Positions 51,851 to 62,762 of a stretch of 64,000 nucleotides of DNA are shown here, one piece after another. The stretch is from Camelus ferus (Eukaryota): positions 17,486,001-17,550,000 of the forward strand of contig NC_045697.1 of the NCBI RefSeq assembly GCF_009834535.1. The letters are read 5' to 3'. The stretch's first letter is position 1; every line of letters begins with the position of its first letter. The notes below the pieces were generated by a model. It saw only the letters and a program-made list of their open reading frames with translations, was not told the DNA's origin and did no database searches. The position numbers and the translations under genes are program-made.

Positions 51851-53059
51851 ATAGTAAATATTCAACTTCTGTTGGAGACGCTGTAACTTTGAGGGTTAGA
51901 ATTCAAAAAAGAGGATGGTTTCAGCCTAAGCACAGGCATTTCCTTTTACAAATGGCTGTTCTTTCTTTGTAAGACATCTTAAAAACAATTTCAAGACTAT
52001 ATTAGTATTTATATAATAAATACATGCTCACAAATGAGAAGATAACTTTATTCTGATCAATAATACCCAACCAGAGCAATGCTCTGATTATTAGAATACA
52101 TCTCCATAAGTAAAATAAAGTAGTTTGGCCAATAGTTAGATCCTATCTTTTCTGCCCTGGTTTTTGAGGGAAATAGGCCAACAGGAGATAAACTCCTGCT
52201 TCTGATGTAAAAGTGTGGTGATGAAAGACCAGTGTGAAAAGCTTCTTATACTAAGATGGGCAGAAGATGGAGAAACATTCAAAAAGTTCCATGTCTTGGT
52301 CCTCAGAGGAAGTCCTAAGACCCTACACAACTCTTTCTGTTTTCTCCAGGGAGGACAAGATGGAGTCCTGCACAGCTGGGCCCTGGGCCCGGAAGAACTG
52401 TGAGGAGGTTGATTGCTTTATAATATTGCTCCAAAATTCTGTGAAATGAGATTCAAAATATACTACTAGAGCTATAACACAGGCCTTCTCATCTTCCACA
52501 TGCTGCTGCCCCTGTGGATTCACTCTCCAGGTGGCCTTGGTGGGTGATGGTGGTTTGGAGGCTGTGAAGGGAGTTGCTACCCACTCCATTTGAGACCATC
52601 ACTTAAGAAGGGCCAGAACCAGACTGGATTCATTTTCTGAAAGAGAAACATGGATGCTTCTCTATTTTGTTCTGTGGGCTTCAAATTTGAGGCTTTCTGA
52701 ATCCTGTCCACTTCCTAATTCCTTTTCTAAAATAGAGGCTGAGTCAGAGGACCTCTCTGTCCTCTACAGTTCCTTCTAGCATCAATTTTCTATAATCCTA
52801 GGAGGAGAGAATGTTATACCACTTCTGTCCCTACATTCTGTTCTCTACATGTTACAATGTTTGTGCATCTCACCATCTTTTCTGTTAGTTTGGTCGTTCT
52901 GAGGGTATGGAGAAAACGGGTGGGGACAGGCTAGCCTTCTGAGTGGGGAGAGTTTTTCTTCCTTATGGTGAGGCTGCAGGGTGTGTGTAAGAGGGGTCAG
53001 CAGGGCAAAGGTGATGAGATGGTCTATGAAACCTCAGAACTGGTGAGGTAGAAGGTCAC

Positions 53060-53840
53060 CAATCTGATGGCTCAGTGATCTGGGCTCAAGTCCCTCCTCT
53101 ACACCTAACAGGTGACACTGGACAAGTCAATTAACCATGGGGTCTCAGTTTTGTTATTTGTAAAATATGGCAGTGACACTGGGGAGGATTCTATGGTCAC
53201 TCATATATAGATCTCTTCAAATAGATTACAAGCCACTTGAACTTAGGCTATGATTTCTACATCTTCATAGTCATGATCCCCAGTGCAGAGTCTGGCACAT
53301 AATCGTGTCACTTAGGCATGAATTTGGCTGCAAGTAACCGAAACTCACTAAAAGTGAAACACATTGTGGTTATTTTCTCCTATCACAAGAAAACTAGAAC
53401 TGTGCTGGTGCTGGTTAAGGTGCTCAGTGAGACACTTCCACCCTCTTTAACTTTTAATTTAATTAATTTTTTTCAATGAAGTTTTTGAGGACTTAGTTTC
53501 TTTTTACCTTTTACCCTTCATCCTGTGTATGTTGGCTTTTGTTCTCATTCTTACCATCTTACAGTCCCAAGGTAGCTGTCACATTGCTAGGCATCAAAGC
53601 GGCGTTCAAGACAAGAAGAATGAGAAAGAGGCAGCACCAACCATTTCTGTCTCTTTTATAATGAAGGTAAGAGCTTTCCCCAAAGTCACATCAGGTTATG
53701 TCTCATTGGCTGTAACTGGGTCACATGACCACCACTAGCTGAAAGGGATGCTGGGAAAACAAGTGCCTGGCTTTCCAGCTCCTATAGTGGGAGGCAGGCA
53801 ACAAGAAGAGGGTAGATGTGGCCACTGGGTCAACAAATAT
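53060..53840. mobile_element. Cluster: MIR (about 53060-53180), L2 end (about 53200-53305), reverse MLT1J/K LTR (about 53305-53840)
   Basis: 'gtctcagttttgttatttgtaaaat'; 'cccagtgcagagtctggcacata'; 'tttggctgcaagtaaccgaaa...tctcattggctgtaactgggtcacatgaccaccactagctg'. Confidence 0.7.
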
Positions 53841-55094
53841 TTTAAAATAAATATGGCTAGAAAGTAAGCTGAAAATGCTTCTCTTTCCCCAAGTGGAGTG
53901 TACCATGCAGTTATTTTGAAGAAATAAGCACTTCAATGGATATGCTTTTAAATTATTTACACTGCTATTTTGTTTTTAGATGGCAAAGCAGTAATGACCT
54001 AAGTGTACTCTCACAGGTATGGGCAGAAAATGGAACCAGAGGCAGGGTCAGAGGCCATGAAGAACTGAGCTTGGAGGGATTCCACTTTGGTGTTTTCCTG
54101 GGAGAATACTTTGCACACTTTAACCTTCTGGTCAGAAAGGCACTGCTTTCATGTGCTACAATTGGATTTCTCCTCACATGGCCAGCCAAGTGTAACCAGT
54201 TGAGAAGTTCCTGGTTCTGACTGGTTTTCATCACCTTCTGATTCACGCACATTTGAACGGAAGGGTGACACGTTCACGGTGAATAGGAAACTTCCCAGAA
54301 CATGGTGTGGACCCAGAATACAGTCTCTCTTCTTCCCTGAAGAGCAACGCTATTACTACAATGAAAAGGTGCATGTAAATCACTTAGCAAGTGCCTGGCA
54401 CGCAAGAGGCACTTAATACATGTGAGATGGTATTATTTTATGACTGTTAATAAGAATGATGATTCTCTCCTCCCTGTCCCCTTGCCAACAAGTATCTCCT
54501 TTTCCCCAGATTACCCTGATGTGTTTAGACAAAGAAACAGGATCCAAGATTGAACAGTGCAGATCCCTGATCCCATTTCTACTCCCCAGGGGGCTCCTGG
54601 GAGAACCTCAGGCAGGCAAGTCACACTTGACGTATTCTCGGGTATGTCTGAAGTACTCTGGTTGGGTAAACTGTCTTCACTCAGAACCTGCCCTTTGAAG
54701 GAGGCAACCTGAAGCCCTAACGGTTGCTTTCAAAATTTTCTCCTCTTGGTAACTACTTTATTTCTTTATGGTAGAATTTAATGCTACCGGTTTTCTGAGC
54801 ACGATAAAAAGGAAGCGATTCACAACTGATACCCCTGGTAAAAGAAGTACAACGTTCTCAAGCAGAAATTTCTTCTACAGAGACAGGAGGCTTTTGACTG
54901 AATCTCCTAATACGGCTGCTTTATGACGCTCGCTTGCTTTTCTGTGATGTTACACACTGACGGGTGGGGCAAGGATGACAGGTCAGTGGTTAGGCGTCCC
55001 GTCTGCAGAGCAGTCACAGATGTTACAGAGATAACTCCGAGGTGTAGACGCACTTGTTTCTAACTTTCTTCCATCTCCCCTTCAGGCCGGGAGG

Positions 55095-55810
55095 TAATAA
55101 AGTGCAATGGTTAAGGGGCCAGGATTAGGAATCAGTCTTGTGTTGAAACTTTGACTTTGCCATTTTCCTAGTTCTGCAACTTTGGGCCCATTATTTCTTC
55201 TCCCCCCACCTTTTTTTTTTTTTTAACTTTAAGTATAATTGACCTATTATTCAGAAAGAATAATTGCTCTTTCCGAACTTCGTTTCTTTATCTATAAAGT
55301 GGGCAAATTAACACCCATCCCACAAAATTATTGCGAGCATTAAATAAATTCTACACAAGAAAGTGTTCTGTTAAGTGTTCAGTTGCAGATGAAGAAAACT
55401 CAACCCAAACAACTTAAGCAAAACGAGAACGTATTTGACTCACATAATGAAAAGAGAGTTTTAGACAGAGCTGGATCCGGGGGCTCAAACAGAGCACTGG
55501 GTCCAAGTTTCACTATTTTTATTCCACTTCTCCCCACCGCCCCATCCTCAGACAGGTTCTCCCTTAGTCGGGGCAATAACGCCACTCCTTCTCCTCCAGT
55601 TTTAAGTCTGCTGGGAAAAAGAAGATGCCTCTCTTACAACACAGTCCCAGCAGAAATGTCATTGCATCTCATTGGCTCTGAATAGATTATCCTGGAACCA
55701 ATGCAATGTTATGACTGGTCAGGAGTCCACCTCTGGAGCAATACTCGTGCACAGACTGAAAACACAGTGGTTCCCAAGCAGGAAATTGGGGTGCTGTTGC
55801 CAAAGGAAAG
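55095..55810. mobile_element. MIR (about 55095-55365) followed by reverse MLT1K-like LTR (about 55365-55810)
   Basis: 'gtgcaatggttaagg...tttctttatctataaagtgggc'; 'cagttgcagatgaagaaaactcaacccaaacaacttaagcaaaa...ctcattggctctga'. Confidence 0.65.
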
Positions 55811-57279
55811 AGGAATGGATGTTGCCAGGGTCGGGTGGGAAAAAAGGGCACATTTCCTGTAGAATTCCATAAAAAGGAAAGTGAATATAAACTTTCAACA
55901 CCAATCCTAGCCTACTGTAATGGAGGAAATCTTTCTCGGCCTTTAAAAGAAACAAAATTAGGTTAAGTGAAGAGAGTGCCACTTGATATAATAGTTATGC
56001 AATTGTATACTTATTACTTCAAGAATTGAATGAAACACAGATTTTTTTTTTTTAAGTTGGATGAAAGGTTCACAATGAGAAACCAGAATGTTTTGGGGTG
56101 GGGCAGAGTGGCAGGCAGCATCTGGAACTCTGAAAAGTCATTGTCAAGGGCACCCATGCCCATCAACAGACTGCGGAAAGGCAAGGATTGCGCTGATGAT
56201 GCTTTGGGTCTCAGTGAGCCAGAAGGACTGGTGTCGGGGCAAAGGGCTGGAGGCTCTGAGTTCCCAGAAATCTTGTCTTGCGAAATGGCTGCCCCAGGAC
56301 AAAGATCTTTAATTTGAGTTCTTCCTGCCAAGTGGAGGTTCCCAAGCCTGGTTGTCCCCTAGAATAACCAGCTTTTAAAAAGATGATTCCAGGAAGCCCT
56401 GCTGGCAACTGATTCACTCAGCCTGGGATGGGGCCCAGAAGTCTAGTTTTTTGAACAAGCTTTCCTGCGGCCAGGACCAGTGTTTGGGTGTCTAGGGACC
56501 CTGTCCATCCCTCCCAGCTGTAGTCCCCACTCTGTACTGGAGGGATCTGTTGACACTGCTGCACACTCCCCAGAGCATGAACCCCAGAGGGCAGGGACGC
56601 ACACAGCTTTGGGTACCGGCACACAGTGGAGTGAGCACCCACTAGGCGTTTATTGAAGGAAGACTGGAGGGCAGACAGGCAGGCGGGCAAGCTGCCTTTT
56701 CCCATGTGGGCTTTTCTAGAGGAGGGGAGAGCTTCTATTTCTGGAAAGAGCTTCTGTGATTGAAGAAAGATCATGGCAGCAAAGCAAGAAAGACCCCTGG
56801 AGGAGGGAAAGACTCATGGTACTCCCAAACCACACACTCTTTTAAAAGACTCCTCCATCACTTGAATAAGGAAGTGAGAACAAAGGATGAGTGTGATTAC
56901 GTGCCGGACACCGGGTTAGCCTCATATCCCCATTTTACAGATGATGAAACAGAGGCACAGGGAGCTGGTCCAGGAGCACATCCTAAGGAAGAAACGCAGC
57001 CGGGATTCTGCAGCATGAGAGTGTGACCACTACCCCACCTGCCTCTCACCTCTCACAGGTGCAGCAGCAGAGTTCTGGAGAAAACATCACACACATTTGC
57101 AGGGTGTCCATTTCCACCTTAGAAGCATCCAGCAAAAATAAATCAGTAGCTGAGGAAATCAGGGGAGAGCAAAGGGCCTCTCAAGAAAAGAGGCCATTGT
57201 ACACCTCTCCAAACAGGCTATTTTTTGTCGACTTTTTATTCCCTTGCTGCACCCTGAAGGTCACTTGCTAAGTCTGCAC

Positions 57280-57470
57280 AAATCAGTTACGTCACGAAAA
57301 GGAATACTGGGCCAGGGAACTGAGGTGGGGGGAGGAGGGGGCAGAGCTGGAAGAGGTGAGGCAATTCAGCAAGGCCCGCCCGGCCTGCTCCCCTCCCTAA
57401 GCCGGCCCAATGACCTTCTTTCCTCGCGGTGACCACTCCTCCCGCTGCTTCCCTGCACGGCCACAAACAG
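57280..57470 (+). promoter_or_regulatory. SOD3: SOD3 proximal promoter (TATA-less; GC/GA box, CRE-like and C/EBP-like motifs)
   Basis: TTACGTCA at 57287-57294, GGGGGGAGGAGGGGGC at 57327-57342 and TGAGGCAAT at 57357-57365. No TATA box is present, and the block lies directly upstream of the 5' exon. Confidence 0.7.
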
Positions 57471-57559
57471 CCGGGAGTCTGCCCACATTCCTGCGAACTG
57501 CGGCAGGGTGCTGCTCCCCATTTCTCAGGAGGAAAAGCTCTCTTGGAAGAGCTGGAAAG
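57470..57559 (+). other. SOD3: SOD3 non-coding 5' exon (5' boundary approximate), ending at splice donor AAG|GTGGGT
   Basis: 'tctcaggaggaaaagctctcttggaagagctggaaag' matches the recalled human SOD3 5'UTR, which is spliced to 'gtgcccgactccagccATG'. GT begins at 57560. Confidence 0.85.
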
Positions 57560-60500
57560 GTGGGTGCCAAGTCAAGGTTCATTTCATGCTTCTCAGAGCC
57601 TGCTTACTGAGTCTGATCCTGGGGCGGGGCATCCGACCTCTTCTTGGAAGAGTATTTGTTCATCTTCTGGGGAGAGAAACACACTTCATGACCGGGCCCA
57701 GCTGCTCTGAAGGGGAGGAGTGGGGAGGTGGGGAGAGAGGTGAAGAAGGCAACTGGGGAGAAAGTGACTGTTCTGGGATCTAACAAGGCCAGTCCGAGAG
57801 GACTCTGGTGTCCTCAGGTTAGAGATAAGAGTGAGGAAGGCGGCTTCTCTGGATATTGCTTGGCGTGGGTGGCTAGGAAAAGCCACCTGTTTAGGAGAGG
57901 CACACGGGGGTGGGGGGTGGGGCTGACTGGCTTAGGGTTGCAATCAGGGCCCTTCTCGGAGAGAGCCCTGGCCTTAGAACCTCCCAGAGCCTTCAGGGGT
58001 GTGCAGTCTTACCAAACCCAGACCCAGGAAGGAGGCACTGGCTTGGTGGCTTGCATTGTCTCTGTGCGGTGATAACCTTGGCCTCCCCACCTCTGGACCA
58101 GTGAAGCCTTCAAAAAAACCACTTGGCCACGCACAGCTCAAACTAAGTGGGAGACTGTGTGGGAAGGGTGAGCCTTCTGCGGGCTGGCCTCCAGGACTCG
58201 AAGGGAAAGTTTAAGACCCAAGGAGTCAGGACTTCCCCTGGTTCAGGATCCAAGAAGAATTTGCTTTTTGTTAAGAGGACAATTTCTCCTTCAAGTGTTA
58301 ATTAATACCCAATCATTCTTCAAAAGAATGGCCACATCCAAAACAATCTGATTTTGCTCCATGTTTTTAAGAAAAAAATCTTCCAATTGGCAGAGCCCTC
58401 CTGAAGGGCAGGACCAGCTCAGAAGGAGGGGCATGGTCACTTGATGATGACGGAGAGCTTGAGGCCAAGGTCTGGCCTCAGGGTTGGTCCCCTCCTTCCT
58501 GCACCCACTCCTTGGGGCTTCACCATAGTAACCAGGCCACATCAGAGGTGGTTCCTTTGAGGTCACTTTCTAGACTTCTCCCCCTACCTGTCACTCCTTT
58601 CCGGAGCCTTTCCTGGCTACGTCCTCCTCCCACGGCTTCAACAGCATCTTTCAGCTTTCAGGTCCTGAAATCTATCAGCAGTTTCTTACTAAGAGCAGCC
58701 ATTAACTGAGAATTTTCTACATACCAGGCTCTGGGCTAAGTGCCTTAGGTAAACAGACCACACACTTTCAAATCCTGCCTCAGCCATTACTGAATGTGTA
58801 AGCTCTCGGGCAAGACCCTCACCTAGGGTCTTGCCCCTCGCCTCTCGGTGCCTCAGTTTCCCACACAATAGAATGGGGATAAAGGTAACACCCATCCTAT
58901 AGGGTTTTTGTGAGGCTTACATGAATTAACATATGCAAAGTGCTTTTAATAGTGCCTGCCCTTGTCTTCAGCAAATATCAGCAATTCTAATTGTGTCTTT
59001 TAAGCCTCACAGCAAGTCTCTAAGGGAAGTATTGTTACCTCTATTTGCAGATAAGAAAACCGAGGCCCAGAGAGGAGGGAGAGAGCCCAACTTGAGTCTG
59101 CAGTCCAGCGTTTTCTCTGCTACTCTGCAGTGAAAATAGCAATTCAGCTACCCTTAGAGACTGAGTGGCAGTCAGGCTTCAGATCCAGCCAGTAAGTTTC
59201 GGATTCCATTCTCTCAATCACCATACTAGACTGCCTTTCTGTAATGGTTATGGAAAGAATAAACACTCAACCTCAGAATCTAATTTTAAAATAGCACCTG
59301 CTTTGGGACTGGAGAAGGCCTTTGAAAGTGCAATTGATCCTCAAATCAGTCCCTTGGAGGCAGTGATGATCCCTGTGGACAGACTTTAAAATGGGAAAAT
59401 AGCCTGGCGTATCATATCTCATTTAATCCTCTCAGTGGCCCTCGGTGGTATTATCAGCCTTGTTTTACAGCCAAGAGAGAGTCAGTAACTTCCCCCATGA
59501 TGTTACAGTCAGTTTATGTGACTGATTCTATGGTTGGGTCCCAGAATCTTTGATGGAGCTTTAAAAAAACAAAACAAAACAATTCATGCCCACTGAATCA
59601 GAATCCCTTGGGTGAGGCCTGGGCGCCTGATTTGTAAGAACCAGAATCTGATGTGCAGCCAACACTGAGAACCCCTTCCAGCCACTGCTCCTTCCGAGCA
59701 CCAGAACCCTTGTTTCCAACCATCTGCTGAACATCTCACCTGGGCAGTCACCAGCATCTTGCCCTCTGCAGGCTCAGGCCGAATTCGCCCTCTCTCCCTT
59801 CTTCTCAGGGCCTGGTACCACCATCCAGCCAGCCAGTCTCTCCTGCTGGGAACTCAGTCATCCTCAGTTCCTCTTCCCTGCTGCCAGTGCTAGCCAAGAT
59901 GTCTCCTGAACCCACGCCCTCCTCTATCTTTGCTTCCATCTCAGGAAAAGCCTTCATCTTTTCTGGTCTGAACTGTTGCTACTGCCTCTTAAAGTACCTC
60001 CTTCTGTCTGTATTTCTCCTCTGTGTCTCTATTTCTTCCTAGGCTATTCCCATTCCTTCTCACTGTCCTCTCCATCCCTGAAGTCCAGCCCAAACTTTCT
60101 CCAGAGTTAATAAACTAAAAACTATCTCAACACTCAGTCTTCTGCTTAGAAACTTCCGCCAGCACTAGCCTCCTGGCTAATAGCCACACACCTTAGCACA
60201 GCAAACCCAGCTCCTCAATCCCTGGCTCAAAGTTTTCTCTTCAGCCTTGAGTCCTCCCTGGAGGCACAGGCCATGTTCCAGCCACACTGAATTTCCCCCA
60301 CCCACAAAATGAACTGTGTCCTTTCACAGCCGGTTGTGACTCTTGCCTGAAATGGGCTTCTGACCTGGCTTGGCTGAAAAACTGCTACTTGTCTTGTGAG
60401 ACCCTCAAAAGTCACCTCCTCTGGGAAGCCCTCCTGGAGTCTCCCAGGGAGATAGGCACTACTTACTCTGTCCTTTCCTAGTACAACGCTCCATCTTCAA

Positions 60501-61176
60501 TCACAAGATGGCATTGGAATGATTTGATGACATGTCTGTCTCTCAGTGAACTCCTCATTCAACATTTACATATTAAATGTCTCCTGCTGCCAGATGCAAA
60601 CCCAGATGCTGGGGATACTGATGAATAAAACTGAGTTTCTGGATTCAAGTTCACAGAGCATGACAGGGAAGAGGGGTAGGGCACTTTACAGAAAAGGCAC
60701 AGGAAATGCAAGTAGGCAGGGGCAGCAAGCCTTACCCATGCCTGCAAGAGAGGATGCAGAGGGAAGGGGGGCAGAGATGAGGGACGGAGATGGGGAGAGG
60801 GAGATCTGGAAGGGCCATGAGAGCCTCCCTCATGTATCTGGAGACAAGCCCTACCCCTGGGCAGACTGTCCTGAGACTCCCCATGCCATGGAGATGGGGC
60901 TTGGGAGGTCCTTGCTCAGATCTGTGGCTCAGAAAGACTCCTGTGAATTTTCTGGGATTATGTCTCATTTATCTTTACCACCACAGCACCGAATACAGTT
61001 CCTGGAACACAGCAGGCCCTGGAGAGACAGGGGCCGAAAGAACAAAAGCACGCTGGGCAAGGAAGCCCCCTGGTGGGGAGAGGGGAGGTTGGATTCAAGG
61101 ACACCAGGGTCCCTGGGATTTCAGGTTTCCAGTGACTAAGTCTCGCTCTGCCCCCACCCCCTGCGGGTGCCCGCAG
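57560..61176 (+). other. SOD3: SOD3 intron (3617 bp, GT..AG)
   Basis: Donor gtgggt at 57560. Branch-point-like tgactaa at 61133-61139 is followed by a pyrimidine-rich tract and ccgcag ending at 61176. The exon starts at 61177, 16 nt before the ATG. Confidence 0.85.
58700..60670. mobile_element. Intronic ancient repeat cluster: several MIRs (about 58700-59520), MER5 (about 59520-59680), L2 fragments (about 59700-60670)
   Basis: 'tgcctcagtttcccacacaatagaatggggataa', 'ttgcagataagaaaaccgaggcccagagagg', 'cactgaatcagaatc...tctgatgtgcagcc' and 'gtcacctcctctgggaagcc'. Confidence 0.75.
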
Positions 61177-61945
61177 GTGCCCGACTCCAGCCATGCTGGC
61201 GCTGCTCTGTGCCTACCTGCTCACGGCGACACACGCCTCGGAAGCCTGGACCAACCCAGACCCGCAGGACCCCGGCTTCGGCATGGAGGAGCAGATCCGC
61301 GACATGCACGCCAAAGTGACGGAGATCTGGCAGGAGATGAAGCAGCGGCGGGCGGCGAGTGGCCAAGATGCTGCGCTGCACGCCGCCTGCCGCGTGCTGC
61401 CGTCGGCCGCGCTGGCCGCGGCGCAGCCCCGGGTGAGGGGCCTCGTGCTCTTCCGGCAGCTCCGGCCCGGCGCCCTGCTCGAGGCCTTCTTCCACCTGGA
61501 GGGCTTCCCGACCGAGCCCAACGTCACCAGCCGCGCCATCCACGTGCACCAGTTCGGGGACTTGACCCAGGGCTGCGACACCACCGGGCCGCACTACAAC
61601 CCGCTGGGGGTGCCGCACCCGAAGCACCCGGGCGACTTCGGCAACTTCGCCGTGCGCGACGGCCAGCTCTGGAAGTACCGCTCCGGCCTGAACGCCTCGC
61701 TCTGCGGGCCGCACGCCATCGTGGGCCGCGCCGTGGTGGTCCACGAGGGCGAGGATGACCTGGGCCGCGGTGGCAACCAGGCCAGCGTGGAGAACGGCAA
61801 CGCGGGCCGCCGGCTGGCCTGCTGCGTGGTGGGGCTGTGCGGGCCCGGGCCCTGGGCGCGCCAGGCGCAGGAGCACGCCGAGCACAAGAAGCGGCGGCGC
61901 GAGAGCGAGTGCAAGACCAGCTGAGCGCCCTCCTGCCGCGGCCAG
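61160..61945. other. Intragenic CpG island covering the SOD3 coding exon
   Basis: Very high GC and dense CG dinucleotides against the CpG-depleted remainder of the window. Confidence 0.9.
61193..61924 (+). CDS. SOD3: Extracellular superoxide dismutase [Cu-Zn] (EC-SOD), 243 aa, single coding exon
   Basis: ORF has an 18-aa signal peptide (MLALLCAYLLTATHASEA|W) and Cu/Zn SOD motifs AIHVHQFGD, GPHYNP, PHPKHPGDFGNF, GRAVVVH and GNAGRRLACCVVG. It also has an NVT sequon and a basic C-terminal tail HKKRRRESECK. Start context is gccATG. It is colinear with human SOD3 as recalled. Confidence 0.99.
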   Translation: MLALLCAYLLTATHASEAWTNPDPQDPGFGMEEQIRDMHAKVTEIWQEMKQRRAASGQDAALHAACRVLPSAALAAAQPRVRGLVLFRQLRPGALLEAFFHLEGFPTEPNVTSRAIHVHQFGDLTQGCDTTGPHYNPLGVPHPKHPGDFGNFAVRDGQLWKYRSGLNASLCGPHAIVGRAVVVHEGEDDLGRGGNQASVENGNAGRRLACCVVGLCGPGPWARQAQEHAEHKKRRRESECKTS

Positions 61946-62730
61946 AGAGCCCCCTCCACCTGCCCCGGGACCCCCTCCAAGCCCCGACACCCCTCCAGGC
62001 ATCCGGGATCCCCTCCATGTGCCCCAGGCCCTTCTCTAGGGACCCCAGGATCCCCTCTGTGCCCTGACACCCCTGTAAGCACCTGAGACCCCTCCATGCT
62101 CTCTGGAATCCCCTCCACACCCTGACACCCCTCCAAGCGCCCGAGATGCCCTCCGTGTGACCCAGGACCTCCTCTGTCTATCCCAGGATCCCTCTATGCC
62201 TTGACATCACTCCAAAAACCCCCGGACCCCTCTACACCCTGACACCTCTCCAAGAGCCCAAGATCCCCTCCATGTGACCCAAGTCCCCCTCCCCACCCCC
62301 ATCTTGATTTTTCTCCTGCTCCCAGAGACACTCTCCATCTGAGGTACCACTTCTGCCATGGCTGAGATCCCCCCAAATCCCTTCCATCTTAAGGTCTCCA
62401 ACCATGTGCTGAGACAGCCTCTTTCATCCTGAGGGCACCCCGAGCTCTGAGGACCCCCAGAGATACTGAAATACTCCCATTTACCCTGAGGGTCTTCCAG
62501 ACTCCCTGGGGTCCCTTTCCACCCTGACACCCCCCACCCCCACTCCCGCTTGGAGACCCCCTCTTGGGCTTGCCCAGCACTCCCACCCCCAGCATGTGCA
62601 GCCTGCACTTAGGAGCCCCTGCCCAGTGTCTCCAGCTATTCCCCCCACCCCTGCCCCAGAGAGCTGCTCCTTTGGGGGCTGTTTGACAGTCTTTGTGTTG
62701 CACATTAAAAGCTCAGCAATTCAGTACTGC
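61925..62730 (+). other. SOD3: SOD3 3'UTR
   Basis: Runs from the stop codon to the ATTAAA signal and downstream GU/U-rich tract. The cleavage site is approximate. Confidence 0.75.
61950..62300 (+). repeat. Degenerate C-rich minisatellite, about 17-18 units of 18-23 nt (core CCCTCCA...) in the SOD3 3'UTR
   Basis: Units such as ccctccaagccccgacac / ccctccaggcatccgggatc / ccctccatgtgccccagg recur in tandem. Confidence 0.85.
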
Positions 62731-62762
62731 ATGGGGGCTTTGGTTACTTTTTTGGTTGGTTT
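62704..62762 (+). terminator. SOD3 polyadenylation signal ATTAAA with downstream GU/U-rich element
   Basis: ATTAAA at 62704-62709 and 'ttggttacttttttggttggttt' at about 62740-62762. Confidence 0.75.

Noticed and set aside
577..57000. Numerous 60-160 aa ORFs in the upstream region
   Set aside because: Their lengths are as expected by chance, many lie in repeats, and none shows a recognisable protein family or exon structure.
60546..61758. 197-aa and 322-aa + strand ORFs in and across the SOD3 intron end
   Set aside because: They start in intronic/L2-derived DNA, and the 322-aa ORF runs out of frame through the GC-rich exon. No protein similarity is recognisable.
61136..62136. Long antisense ORFs over SOD3 (288, 198, 180, 123 aa)
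   Set aside because: These are stop-poor shadows of a very GC-rich CDS and the C-rich repeat. The translations are low-complexity with no recognisable domain.
61950..62300. Regularly spaced repeats as a CRISPR-like array
   Set aside because: Units are contiguous and degenerate with no unique spacers, the context is a mammalian 3'UTR, and there are no cas genes.
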